Assembly: GCA_020696395.1 (NCBI GenBank)
Contig: JAEHCN010000002.1
Location: 1 to 50,906, forward strand
DNA: 50,906 bases
Direction of reading: 5' to 3'
DNA from: Thermoplasmata archaeon
GTDB taxonomy: Archaea; Thermoplasmatota; Thermoplasmata; UBA10834
The number at the start of each line of letters is the position of its first letter. Position 1 is the first letter of the stretch. Positions 7,206 through 16,599 of this stretch are shown piece by piece. The position numbers were made by a program, and so were the translations under genes. The notes beneath the pieces are model-generated. The model saw only the letters and a list, made by a program, of their open reading frames with translations. It did no database searches and was not told the DNA's origin.

Positions 7206-8453
7206 ATGGGGTCGGGAGATGAAGGAAGAGATCGCCCCTCGGTCTCTCTCGTGAGATGTGCCACGTATGATCCGTCGACAGTCGATGCTTCCGTCCGGAA
7301 GGCCGTGAGCCTCCTGGGCGGGATCTCGAGGTACGTGGCTAGTGGTGACCGTGTTCTCATCAAACCGAACATGCTCGCTGCGCGACGCCCGGAACAGGCC
7401 GTCACGACCCACCCCGAGGTCGTCCGAGTCGCCATCAGACTGGTCCGAGAGGCTGGCGGGACTCCGGTTGTCGGCGACTCGCCTGCAGGGCCATCGACCG
7501 AGAGAATACTGAGGCATCTGGCCAACAAGACGGGGATAGCCGAGGTGTGCGCTCAGGAGGGAGTGCGGTTCGTTCTGTTCCTTGAGCACGCGACCGTGGC
7601 CTACGAGGACGGGAGGGTCGCGAGGACTTTCGACCTCACTAACACTCTGAAGGAGGTCGACTCGGTCATCTCGCTGGCCAAGCTCAAGACCCATTCTTTC
7701 ACCGGATACACCGGGGCTGTCAAGAACCTGTTCGGGCTCGTGCACGGCCTGAGGAAGGCCGAGTACCATCTGCGAATGAAGGACGTGGAGGCGTTCTCGG
7801 AGATGCTGGTGGACCTCGCGGGATGCGTGGGACCGCGACTCACGATCATGGACGCCGTGGTGGGGATGGACGGCGACGGACCCTCCGGGGGGCGGCCGAG
7901 GGAGGTCGGCCTCCTGCTCGCGTCATCAAACCCTCACGCGCTCGATGCCGTCGCCCTCGAGGTCGTCGATGCCAATCCAGAGACCATACATACAGTCCGC
8001 TCAGCCATCGCTAGGGGGCACCTGCCAGAGCAATGCGTCTCGGGGATCGAAATCCTTGGAGAGCCTCTGGACGCGGCACGTATCCACGACTTCAGGATCC
8101 CGCCGAAGGTAAGGAGGTTCGGGGGTGTGCCGGGGATCCTGGGCCGGATCGCTTCGGAGGGCGCCGCCCGGAAACCCGTGTTCGTCGACAGGGCTTGTGT
8201 CCGGTGCGGTAGCTGCGTGGACATCTGCCCGGCATCGGCTCTGAAGGCGTCGGGAGCTGACAAGGGGAAGATCAGAATATCCAGGGATGCCTGTATACGC
8301 TGCTACTGCTGCCTGGAGGTGTGCCCTGAAGACGCGGTCGTTCTGAGGCGTATGCCCATGAGGTCCTGGCTGACGCTAGCCACGGCACCGTGGAGAAGAC
8401 GAAGGGATGGAAAAGATGGGGGCGACGCGCCTCGGTCACTCTGTCCGAGATGA
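7206..8453 (+). CDS. DUF362 domain protein with C-terminal 2x[4Fe-4S] ferredoxin domain
   Basis: VLIKPNML and a DUF362-like core. Two CxxCxxCxxxCP motifs (CVRCGSCVDICP, CIRCYCCLEVCP). Confidence 0.75.
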   Translation: MGSGDEGRDRPSVSLVRCATYDPSTVDASVRKAVSLLGGISRYVASGDRVLIKPNMLAARRPEQAVTTHPEVVRVAIRLVREAGGTPVVGDSPAGPSTERILRHLANKTGIAEVCAQEGVRFVLFLEHATVAYEDGRVARTFDLTNTLKEVDSVISLAKLKTHSFTGYTGAVKNLFGLVHGLRKAEYHLRMKDVEAFSEMLVDLAGCVGPRLTIMDAVVGMDGDGPSGGRPREVGLLLASSNPHALDAVALEVVDANPETIHTVRSAIARGHLPEQCVSGIEILGEPLDAARIHDFRIPPKVRRFGGVPGILGRIASEGAARKPVFVDRACVRCGSCVDICPASALKASGADKGKIRISRDACIRCYCCLEVCPEDAVVLRRMPMRSWLTLATAPWRRRRDGKDGGDAPRSLCPR

Positions 8454-8504
8454 AATAGGAATAATGAAAAGGGTTTATTCGAGTTTCGCCTATCGGTCGA
8501 CGGT

Positions 8505-11500
8505 TCAGCAGGCTTCGGGTCTACGGACCACACCGACCGCCAGCGCCGCAATCGCAATCAGCACCGCGAATGCCATGCCCATCAGGGCCACCATCTCGGC
8601 CACGATAGATGTTGATGCGGACACCGAGGACGGAGCTGAAGCGGCTGCAGGCTCCTCGGCGACCACGCCGATTGCCGACGGTGCGCTTGACGCTGCCACC
8701 ACCTTACCCGGAGTCGCCACATTGAACTCGATCCACGGGGCGCCGTGGTACAGCGTACCGTCGTCACGCACATCGTTCGTGAACTCGTACGGCCCGTTTA
8801 TGGTGAGCACTTTGTCCGCGAACTCCCAGTTCGTGCAGGTGTTTAGGTCGTACCAGCCAAGTGACATATCGCCAGTGTACCGAAGTCCGTCATAGACGCT
8901 CTGGTCGTCGTCCCATACATCGGCCATCGCGTCAGCAGGCACATCGTCAGCGTAGTATCCGACCACATCGTAGTCCGGCAGCTCGATCACCAGCTTGCCG
9001 TACTCCGGCAGGGTGAAGGCCCACGGGCACGCCTCATAATAGATCTCCGACCCGAGGCCCGGGTCTCCCACATTCCAGCTCTGATATGTCAGGTCGAGAT
9101 ACGGGTCGTAGTAGGACATCGGATGCTGCGTCATCGAGCCGATGTAGTCGATCCCTATGGGCTCCCAGACCCATGCGCAGTCGTTGCCGGTCGTCTCGTT
9201 CGCCTTAACGGCGTGCATGCCCCACTGGGCGACCCCGTCCAATTCGAAGTCCACATCGCTCTCGCGATAATCGATGACCACCTTGATGTCTTCCATGTAG
9301 GGCTGGTTGACGGACAGCTCGGTCGCGAGCGTCCACCGGGTCAGCAGGACCTCGTACCCCCACGTCACATGGACGATGTTCAGCGTGACCTCGGAGCCGT
9401 CCGAGGTCATGTCCATCATCGTGATCAGCTCGTCGTAGAAGTACTCGTATCCACAGTAGATGTCGTACACATTGTTCCCCTGGTCATCGATCCAAGCCAT
9501 CCAGTCGGCCTTGTACGAGTCCCGGTTGGCTGCCCACCAGTCGTCAGGGTCGTCCCCCTGCGGCATGCCCATCCACTCCTCCGCCGCCTCACGGTTCATC
9601 GTGACGTTCATCAGGTTCATCGTGATGTAGCCGTCGTTGCTGCTGAGGTAGCCAACATCATAGCTGTCGTCCCAATCGATGTTTGAGCTCCATGTCGGCT
9701 CGAAGTAGTTGGTCCACTCGTCGGTGTTGGCGTACTGGCAGTAGATGTCCATCGAGACCTCGGAGCCCGGTACAGGTCCGGAGTCCACCGTGTACATGAA
9801 CACCGGGTCGTGCACGTTCATGTTCGGCAGGAACACGCCTTCGACATTCCACCTGTACGGAGCGTATATCAGGCCCTGGTCCCTCATACCGTTTGGTTCG
9901 CCACCGCCTTCGGAGTTGTACAAGTAGGTAACGTTCCCGGCATCGGTCGTCAGGAACGCCTCAGTGTTCCACGTGCTGTCCCACCGGATATCCCACCACT
10001 CCTTGGGAGTCTCTCCGAACATGTCGTAGACCTTCCACGTTATGTCCGAAAGGATGGGCTCGATGACCTCCAGCGTCAGGACGGCGGATATCGCCGCGCC
10101 GTTGTCCGTCGCAGTAACGGTCTGCGTACCGAGCTCGTTCAACGACAGGTCGTCGAACTGGTGCACGCCCTCGTCATCGATCGGCTGGAACTCGTATGAG
10201 GCGGGTAGCTGCTCCAGCCCGCTCCCGTCCGAAGTGGCGAACTCCACTGTCCCGGCGTACTCCTCGTACACCTCATCGTACTGGTGGTACGCGGTCACTC
10301 TGACCGAGAACAGTTCGTCCTGCTCGAACGTGTCGTCTCCGCCCACGGTCTCCATAGTGAGGGAGTCCAAATACAACGCCTCTATCACGATATCCTCCTG
10401 CGAGCCATTGATCGTCGGGTCGCCGACCTCCTCCACCGTCACGTTGTACGTGTTCGGGAGGTCGAAGGACACGGCCATCGGGAAGGTCTTCACTCCGTTG
10501 TCCGTGGCCGGGACGAAGGTGTAGTCCGACGGCAGGGTGTCACCGCCGGATGTGGCGTTCGAGTCGAACGTGACCGTGCCGTCGTAGTCCTCGAATACGG
10601 TCCCCATGTTGTCGATCGCGGTCACCGTGACATCCGAGTAGTTGTTCTCCCACATGTCGATGATGCCAGAGACCTCGAAGTGGTCCATGGTGACCTCCGC
10701 AACTACCCACGCCTCCAGGCTACCGGTTATGGACGGGTCGCTCGTGTCGTTGGCCCAGATGGTGTAGTACGTTCCCACGACCGGGGTGGCCACATGGAAC
10801 GTCAAGTCGACATCCACATACTCCGTTCCGAGCGAGAACGGCGTGTCGCTCGGCAGGGTGACATCTCCGGTTCTGTTCGTCTCGAAGGTGACAGTCCCGT
10901 CGTAGTCTAGGCAGGGTCGATCATACTGGTCCATGATGGTGACTATCATCGTCTCGAGTATGTCCACCTCTGCCGGTTCACTCACTCCCGTGAGCACGAA
11001 GTGGTGAGGAACCGCTTCCGGGAGGACATCTGTGGACGCAACGCCATATGCTTCGGAGTCGGCGACATCGCTCACATTGACCTCGAAGGTGCCGTCGGTG
11101 GAGAACGTCACGCTGAACGTCTGCACGCCGTCCATCTCAGAGGTGAACGCGGTGTCGGCTGGGAGCGTCGCACCTGTGTCGTCCGAGGTGAAGTTGACAG
11201 TGCCGACATATCCCGTATACACTTCGTCCCACTGGTTCATGGCGGTCACCGTGACATCCGTCGGCTCCGCTGCAATGACTGGGTCGCCGGAGAACGCGAC
11301 ATCGAATGCTGCAATCGCTGGCCATTCGACCACCTGGATACCACTCACCGTGCCGGTCGCCTCGCTGTCGGAGACATCGGTGACGGTGACGAAGTACGTC
11401 GCCTGATGGGCCTCCGAATCGACCGTGTTGAATGTCACGGTGAACTCGTGCACGCCGGCGTCCGTCGCCGGGACGAACTCGTAGTTGGCAGGCAGGACAG

Positions 11501-13736
11501 CGGTACCGTCGTCCGACTCGAAGGTGACCGTTCCAGCGTAGTCCTCTGCCAGATCTCTGGAGATGCTCGTCACCGCGGTGACCGTGAACGTCGCAGGCTC
11601 GCCGACGGACACCGGACCGGTGGGACCCTCGATATCGAGGTCGTATCCTTCATCTTCGGTTGCACCGACAATCTCGATGAATGGTATGCCGTACGGCAAT
11701 ATCTCGAGGCGATCCCACTCGCTCTCGAGCCATTCGTGGGCAGTCTGATCCTTCGACCAGGTCCACATATCGAACGGGCCCGTGTACGTGATCTGCCTGG
11801 CGTCGGTGTCGATCTCCACGATGTCTGTGTCGCTCGGCATCGGCTCGGCATATCTCACAGTCATTTCGTCGTAGAATTGCCGCGTGTCAGGCCAGAGAGT
11901 TTCGCCTTCGTAGCCTGGCTCATGCTTGAAGAATATCTGGGGGCCAGCGGGCCACTCTATTGTCAGTGTTTCGTTCTCAGTCAGATTCCAGGCGCCTGGA
12001 GAATAGTCGTAAGCCATGTCTTCACCGTACCAGGTGCTTCCCGGTGCCCAGTTGAGGTAGGTGAAGGGTTCGTACAGCTCGAACAAGGATGGCGGGTACG
12101 CGTCGGACGGCGCAGGGACATAATCCTCCATGAGGGCCTCCCAGCACCAGCACGGAGCCGAGTCGGGCGTGTCCTCGTACGCGTACGTAGAATACTGGAC
12201 GGCGGCGTCGGTGTATACGTCGGCCCGCTCAGGCCCGATGGTTGCCTGGAAAGTCATGTCCTCGAAGTACCACTCAGTGGGCATCCACGCTTCGTGCATC
12301 CATCTGGTCATGAGCGCCTCCATGCCCCAGCTGACCGTGTCGAACGTGAGCAGGACATGATCCGCATCAGACTTCTCAGCCTGCATGTCGAAGTACATGA
12401 ACTGAAGGTCCCACTCGTACATGTTGAAGATCGCTAGCCTCTCGGGACCGGCCTCGTGCAGCATCCAGGCCTCCCAGGCGACTGTGACCTCGTCGGCGTT
12501 GTTAGTCCACCAGTCGCTGAAGGTGTCGAACTCGGTGCTCGTGAGCCCGAGGACCGCCTTCGCGGCATCCTCATCCAGAAGTACCGTCCCAGACCATTCG
12601 ACGAACCAACCATCGTACCACGACATCTGTGCAGCGGTACATGTCTCCTCAGCCTCCTCGTACGTTACGTAGTCAATGTGCCAATCGAGGGTGGCTGTTC
12701 CACCCCTGGCGGTCTCGGAGAAGTACGGAAGGAACTCAGGGTTATCGTTCATGTTCACCTCCGGCAAGTTCTCGGCTACCATGTCCATGCGCATGAATGT
12801 GTATACCCAGATGTTGCCGTTTGGAGGGCCTTCCCAGATGTACAGATACGGATACTCGTTGTTGATGATCCACTCGTTGGATCCAATCGCCCTCATCTCG
12901 TACCAGTCGCCGAGCGGGTGGTTGAACATGTCGTCCCAGTAATAATCGACGGACCGGGTGAAGGTCAATCCAACATTCACCATAGCCGTGCCTGATGCCT
13001 CTTCCGTTCCCTTCGTGGCGGTCGCGGTCAAGTTGGCGACACCCTCGACCGACGCCGAGAATGTGACACTGGAACCGGTCGTCGCGCTCAGGGTGTAGTC
13101 GGCTGAGTCCATGCCGGTCACGGTCCAGGCGAGCGACGCGTCTGTTACCGGACCACCAACGGAATCATAAGCGGTCGCGTTGAACGTCCACTCCTCATTC
13201 AGGTCCAGCGACATGGCTGAAGGTACTATGCTGACCGAATCAAGGAAGGGCGGCTCCACGGTGATCGGAGAGTCCACAACGACCGTCTCCCCGTCGTACT
13301 CCGCTTCACAACTCACCGTTCCTGATCCTCCAACATCTCCCGCAGTGAAACGCACGGTAGGTTGTCGAGTCACATCGAACGACCCGAGAGTCGACGGGCT
13401 CACAGACCAAGTCAAGTCTGCATCGCCGGTCACGTTGTCGTTGTCCGACTTGACGATCACAGACAACGATATTGTCGTGCCCGCGCCAATATCAGGAATC
13501 GGATCTGGTGCTATCTCCGCCGAGAGATCCGGCTTGGCTATCACCAAAACATAGAGCGCGCTGCCGATCAACGCGGCAACCACGATTATTGCCACGACAG
13601 TAATCCACATCTTCTTCTTGTCACCCTTCTTCGGCGGCGAAGCCAATTCTGGCTGCGCTGGCTCCGCTGGCTCCGCGGGTGGACCAGAAGCATTCTCCAC
13701 TACAGCTGACTCGCTAGAATCTACGTTCTCTGACAC
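8505..13736 (-). CDS. giant acidic cell-surface protein (Ig-like repeats plus duplicated Trp-rich module, C-terminal TM anchor)
   Basis: 1743-aa uninterrupted ORF. It has an N-terminal TM/signal helix, Big_2-like domains, five to six Y.GTV.F.S.D...LP..Y.F repeats, two homologous ~440-aa W/Y/D/E-rich modules, a Ser/Ala linker, a TM helix and an RRPEAC tail. Confidence 0.85.
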   Translation of the reverse strand: MSENVDSSESAVVENASGPPAEPAEPAQPELASPPKKGDKKKMWITVVAIIVVAALIGSALYVLVIAKPDLSAEIAPDPIPDIGAGTTISLSVIVKSDNDNVTGDADLTWSVSPSTLGSFDVTRQPTVRFTAGDVGGSGTVSCEAEYDGETVVVDSPITVEPPFLDSVSIVPSAMSLDLNEEWTFNATAYDSVGGPVTDASLAWTVTGMDSADYTLSATTGSSVTFSASVEGVANLTATATKGTEEASGTAMVNVGLTFTRSVDYYWDDMFNHPLGDWYEMRAIGSNEWIINNEYPYLYIWEGPPNGNIWVYTFMRMDMVAENLPEVNMNDNPEFLPYFSETARGGTATLDWHIDYVTYEEAEETCTAAQMSWYDGWFVEWSGTVLLDEDAAKAVLGLTSTEFDTFSDWWTNNADEVTVAWEAWMLHEAGPERLAIFNMYEWDLQFMYFDMQAEKSDADHVLLTFDTVSWGMEALMTRWMHEAWMPTEWYFEDMTFQATIGPERADVYTDAAVQYSTYAYEDTPDSAPCWCWEALMEDYVPAPSDAYPPSLFELYEPFTYLNWAPGSTWYGEDMAYDYSPGAWNLTENETLTIEWPAGPQIFFKHEPGYEGETLWPDTRQFYDEMTVRYAEPMPSDTDIVEIDTDARQITYTGPFDMWTWSKDQTAHEWLESEWDRLEILPYGIPFIEIVGATEDEGYDLDIEGPTGPVSVGEPATFTVTAVTSISRDLAEDYAGTVTFESDDGTAVLPANYEFVPATDAGVHEFTVTFNTVDSEAHQATYFVTVTDVSDSEATGTVSGIQVVEWPAIAAFDVAFSGDPVIAAEPTDVTVTAMNQWDEVYTGYVGTVNFTSDDTGATLPADTAFTSEMDGVQTFSVTFSTDGTFEVNVSDVADSEAYGVASTDVLPEAVPHHFVLTGVSEPAEVDILETMIVTIMDQYDRPCLDYDGTVTFETNRTGDVTLPSDTPFSLGTEYVDVDLTFHVATPVVGTYYTIWANDTSDPSITGSLEAWVVAEVTMDHFEVSGIIDMWENNYSDVTVTAIDNMGTVFEDYDGTVTFDSNATSGGDTLPSDYTFVPATDNGVKTFPMAVSFDLPNTYNVTVEEVGDPTINGSQEDIVIEALYLDSLTMETVGGDDTFEQDELFSVRVTAYHQYDEVYEEYAGTVEFATSDGSGLEQLPASYEFQPIDDEGVHQFDDLSLNELGTQTVTATDNGAAISAVLTLEVIEPILSDITWKVYDMFGETPKEWWDIRWDSTWNTEAFLTTDAGNVTYLYNSEGGGEPNGMRDQGLIYAPYRWNVEGVFLPNMNVHDPVFMYTVDSGPVPGSEVSMDIYCQYANTDEWTNYFEPTWSSNIDWDDSYDVGYLSSNDGYITMNLMNVTMNREAAEEWMGMPQGDDPDDWWAANRDSYKADWMAWIDDQGNNVYDIYCGYEYFYDELITMMDMTSDGSEVTLNIVHVTWGYEVLLTRWTLATELSVNQPYMEDIKVVIDYRESDVDFELDGVAQWGMHAVKANETTGNDCAWVWEPIGIDYIGSMTQHPMSYYDPYLDLTYQSWNVGDPGLGSEIYYEACPWAFTLPEYGKLVIELPDYDVVGYYADDVPADAMADVWDDDQSVYDGLRYTGDMSLGWYDLNTCTNWEFADKVLTINGPYEFTNDVRDDGTLYHGAPWIEFNVATPGKVVAASSAPSAIGVVAEEPAAASAPSSVSASTSIVAEMVALMGMAFAVLIAIAALAVGVVRRPEAC

Positions 13737-13796
13737 GGTTATTTCCCCCTACACACAGAGGCTCGATTAGCAAACAGTCGAGGTAAGTGCAATTCC

Positions 13797-13806
13797 TCTA
13801 TAAATA
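13797..13806 (-). promoter_or_regulatory. candidate TATA box for the giant surface-protein gene
   Basis: Minus strand reads TATTTATAGA, 61-70 nt upstream of the start at 13736. Confidence 0.3.
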
Positions 13807-14463
13807 TGCTGTCTCATCCGGGTCGTGTAAAGAGGGGAACGGCCCTGCGTTTTTCGAACTTCTTCCAGCTGGAGGGCGGTTTCTCCGAGACAAAGTCGAA
13901 ATCGAAGTTCCAAGATTGATTGCGATTCTCCAAAGAAAGATAGCGCGCGTTCCATAGACCAGATGGAGTCTCGCCTGATCGACGGGGACGAAGTTCAGCG
14001 GGACGAACCACGCTAGGGAAATGGAGGAACAGGATAACGGTCTCAACAGGGCGACCAGGAGTCATCACGTACCGCCTCATCAGGCATCTTGAACCGAGCG
14101 GATTTCGCCGTTTGCGTTTGCCCATTCTTTCGGGAGACGAGAGTCGCCAAATAAGCCGCGCGGTTTCCACCGCCTCTAATTCAACCTGACATGAAAGAGG
14201 CGCGAGTCCTTCCGAATTTCTTCTGACAATGGCCCCCAATATTCGAACGATGTGCCAATACGACACTCATTGTCGCAATATTCATATACCAAAGAGCTTA
14301 TTCAATGGGCTGGCTTACCCGAGAAGGCGCGATTTGGAGGCGCCAAGTACGGCGGTTCGGAGCGTGCTGGAACGGGTGCTGGGGGGCCGTCATGGGACGG
14401 CTCGTAGAGAGCTCGGAAATGGGAGCCGGGCCTGGAAGGAAAGAGAGTGCGGGGGATTGAAAA

Positions 14464-16416
14464 TTGAGTATTGAGAGATTAAGAGTTCTCAGAATCTGTG
14501 CCTCGGTCGTGATTGCGGTTGCCATTGCGATACCTATAGCAGCCGTGACGGACACAATCATCGGAAAGGCGGAGGCTGCGCCCGAAGGAGGAACCCTCCG
14601 AATGGGGTACATGCAGAAGGTCGACAGCCTGAACCCGAATGTTGGTTTGGTCGACGCAGCGTACGTCTTCTACGGGTTGGTATACGATACGATACAGTGT
14701 GTCGACGCGGACCTGAACATAGTAGGCAACCTTGTTCTGAATTCAACCGTGGATGAGACTTACATGCCTTACGGATCGGCCTGGCTGATGGACATAACTC
14801 AACACGCTACCTGGCATGACGGCGAGCCGGTGAAGGTCGAGGACGTCGTGTTCACCGTCAACACCATGGCGGACAACTTCTTGCAGATGTGGGCATATCA
14901 GCCATACGCCTACTACATGGACGGCGCGGAGAAAGTCGACGAGGACACTCTGAGGGTGTACTTCTACGACAGAGGCTCCCTGGAGCAGGAGCCAATGTCC
15001 GCCGCATACGCGAGGATGATATGCATACCGGTCTTCCCGAAGCATGTTGTTGACAAAATGACCATCGGAGACTTCGGGTTCAACTGGATCGGAGCGACCG
15101 AGGGTCAAGATCCACCTCTTGTCGGATCAGGGCCGTTCATGGCAACGGAGAACATCATCGAAGAGTTCACGGTGGGAGACAAGATAACGCTTGTCAAGAA
15201 CCCCAACTATCACTGGAAGCAGGAAAAAGGTCTGGAACTCCAGTTCGATAGACTTGAGATGCGGTTCTTCAACGACGCTTATGCTATGGCTCTGGCCCTT
15301 GAGACGGGAGAACTCGACATCGCCCAGTTCCCGCCTTCGGAGTACCTCGCGATCAAGGATAAGGTAGCGAGCGGTGAGCTCAAGGACATCGAGACCTACG
15401 ACGGACCCAAGTGTACTCAGTACTGGACGGAAGTCGCGATCTGCATGGGCACAGGCGGAGAGAACCCGTCGAGGCTCGACCCGGTCATAAGGCAGGCGAT
15501 GGCTCATGCCACTGACAAGACCTACATCGTGAACAACCACTACCTGGGCCTTGCGGATGAGGGATCGACGCTCATACCTCCTGTCAATGAGCAATGGCAC
15601 TATGAGCCGACGGCAGACGAGCTCTACGAATTCGACCTGGATCTCGCCAACGCGCTGCTCGAGGACGCCGGATACAGACACATAGATGGTTCGGGAGTGC
15701 GGGCGGCGACGGCAGACAGCTACGCGGTACAGGCAAGCCTCGTCCCAGAAGGGACCAAGCTGTCGTACGAAATGGCGATAAGACAGGAGTATCCGGAGGA
15801 GCGGCAGATAGCCATGTTCCTCAAGGAGCAGTGGGGCGAGATCGGCATCGAGATCGTCTATGACATCATGACCGAGGCCGCCCTTGGCAATCTGGTGTAC
15901 ACGTATGAATACGACACGATGATGTGGTACTGGAGCGCGGACGTGGATCCGATGTACCAGCTGTTCTGTCAGACCAAAGCCTCCTTTGGCGGCTGGAACG
16001 ACAACATGTACTCCACGCCGACGTATGAAGAGAACTTCAGGGCCCAAGTCATGGAGTTCGACGTGGAGAAGAGGGAGGAGTACGTGGACAACTGCCAGAG
16101 GGTGCACTACCTCGATGCATACTACCTCATCCTGGCATATGTGTACCAGACCTACGCTTGGAGAACGGACAACTTCATCGGCTGGGGCGACTGGGATGCC
16201 CATCCAGGTCTGAGCGCGGACAATTTCTGGTCCGGAGCTCCGCTCTACTTCGAGCTGGAGTACATAGGCGGACCCGCAATCGAGATCCCGTGGCTGGCGA
16301 TCGGTGTTGGCATGGCGGTCATAGTCGCAGCAGCGGTTGCCGCCGTCGTTCTGAAGAAAAAAGGCGGCAAGAAGAAGAAACCGGAGAAAGAGAAATCGAG
16401 CCCGCTTGGAGAGTAG
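14464..16416 (+). CDS. ABC transporter substrate-binding protein, family 5 (Opp/Dpp/Nik type), C-terminally TM-anchored
   Basis: 650 aa with TTG start, a signal-like N-terminus and family-5 SBP-like blocks (KVDSLNPNV, LVKNPNYHW). A C-terminal TM helix is followed by a Lys-rich tail (VLKKKGGKKKKPEKEK). Confidence 0.8.
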   Translation: MSIERLRVLRICASVVIAVAIAIPIAAVTDTIIGKAEAAPEGGTLRMGYMQKVDSLNPNVGLVDAAYVFYGLVYDTIQCVDADLNIVGNLVLNSTVDETYMPYGSAWLMDITQHATWHDGEPVKVEDVVFTVNTMADNFLQMWAYQPYAYYMDGAEKVDEDTLRVYFYDRGSLEQEPMSAAYARMICIPVFPKHVVDKMTIGDFGFNWIGATEGQDPPLVGSGPFMATENIIEEFTVGDKITLVKNPNYHWKQEKGLELQFDRLEMRFFNDAYAMALALETGELDIAQFPPSEYLAIKDKVASGELKDIETYDGPKCTQYWTEVAICMGTGGENPSRLDPVIRQAMAHATDKTYIVNNHYLGLADEGSTLIPPVNEQWHYEPTADELYEFDLDLANALLEDAGYRHIDGSGVRAATADSYAVQASLVPEGTKLSYEMAIRQEYPEERQIAMFLKEQWGEIGIEIVYDIMTEAALGNLVYTYEYDTMMWYWSADVDPMYQLFCQTKASFGGWNDNMYSTPTYEENFRAQVMEFDVEKREEYVDNCQRVHYLDAYYLILAYVYQTYAWRTDNFIGWGDWDAHPGLSADNFWSGAPLYFELEYIGGPAIEIPWLAIGVGMAVIVAAAVAAVVLKKKGGKKKKPEKEKSSPLGE

Positions 16417-16442
16417 ACCAAATCGTGCGAAACCCCTTATAT

Positions 16443-16487
16443 CCTGATTTCAGCCAAAGGGATGAAAGGCGAACGATAGAAATCAGG
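16443..16487 (+). promoter_or_regulatory. intercistronic stem-loop between the SBP and permease genes
   Basis: Perfect 9-bp inverted repeat CCTGATTTC (16443-16451) / GAAATCAGG (16479-16487) with a 27-nt loop. Confidence 0.4.
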
Positions 16488-16599
16488 GACGGTCAGGAGG
16501 CCCCTGCTCGGCGCAGCGACGAGGGCTGACATGCGGGGGACCGCGCGATGGGACCACAACGCAGGGGAACGCCTTTGGAAGGCACGCAGAACGAAACGC

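Noticed and set aside
8582-13709. Many long ORFs antisense to or out of frame with the giant gene, for example 11001-12437 + (478 aa) and 10284-10910 +.
   Set aside because: Their products are Arg/Val/His/Gly-rich and low in complexity, as expected for shadow frames of a GC-rich gene. They have no motifs and are fully contained in a 1743-aa ORF with clear domain repeats.
13814-14266. 150-aa minus-strand ORF in the long spacer upstream of the ABC operon.
   Set aside because: It is Arg-rich with no recognisable domain or TM/signal features, and it sits in a region that also carries promoter-like A/T boxes. There is not enough support to call it a gene.
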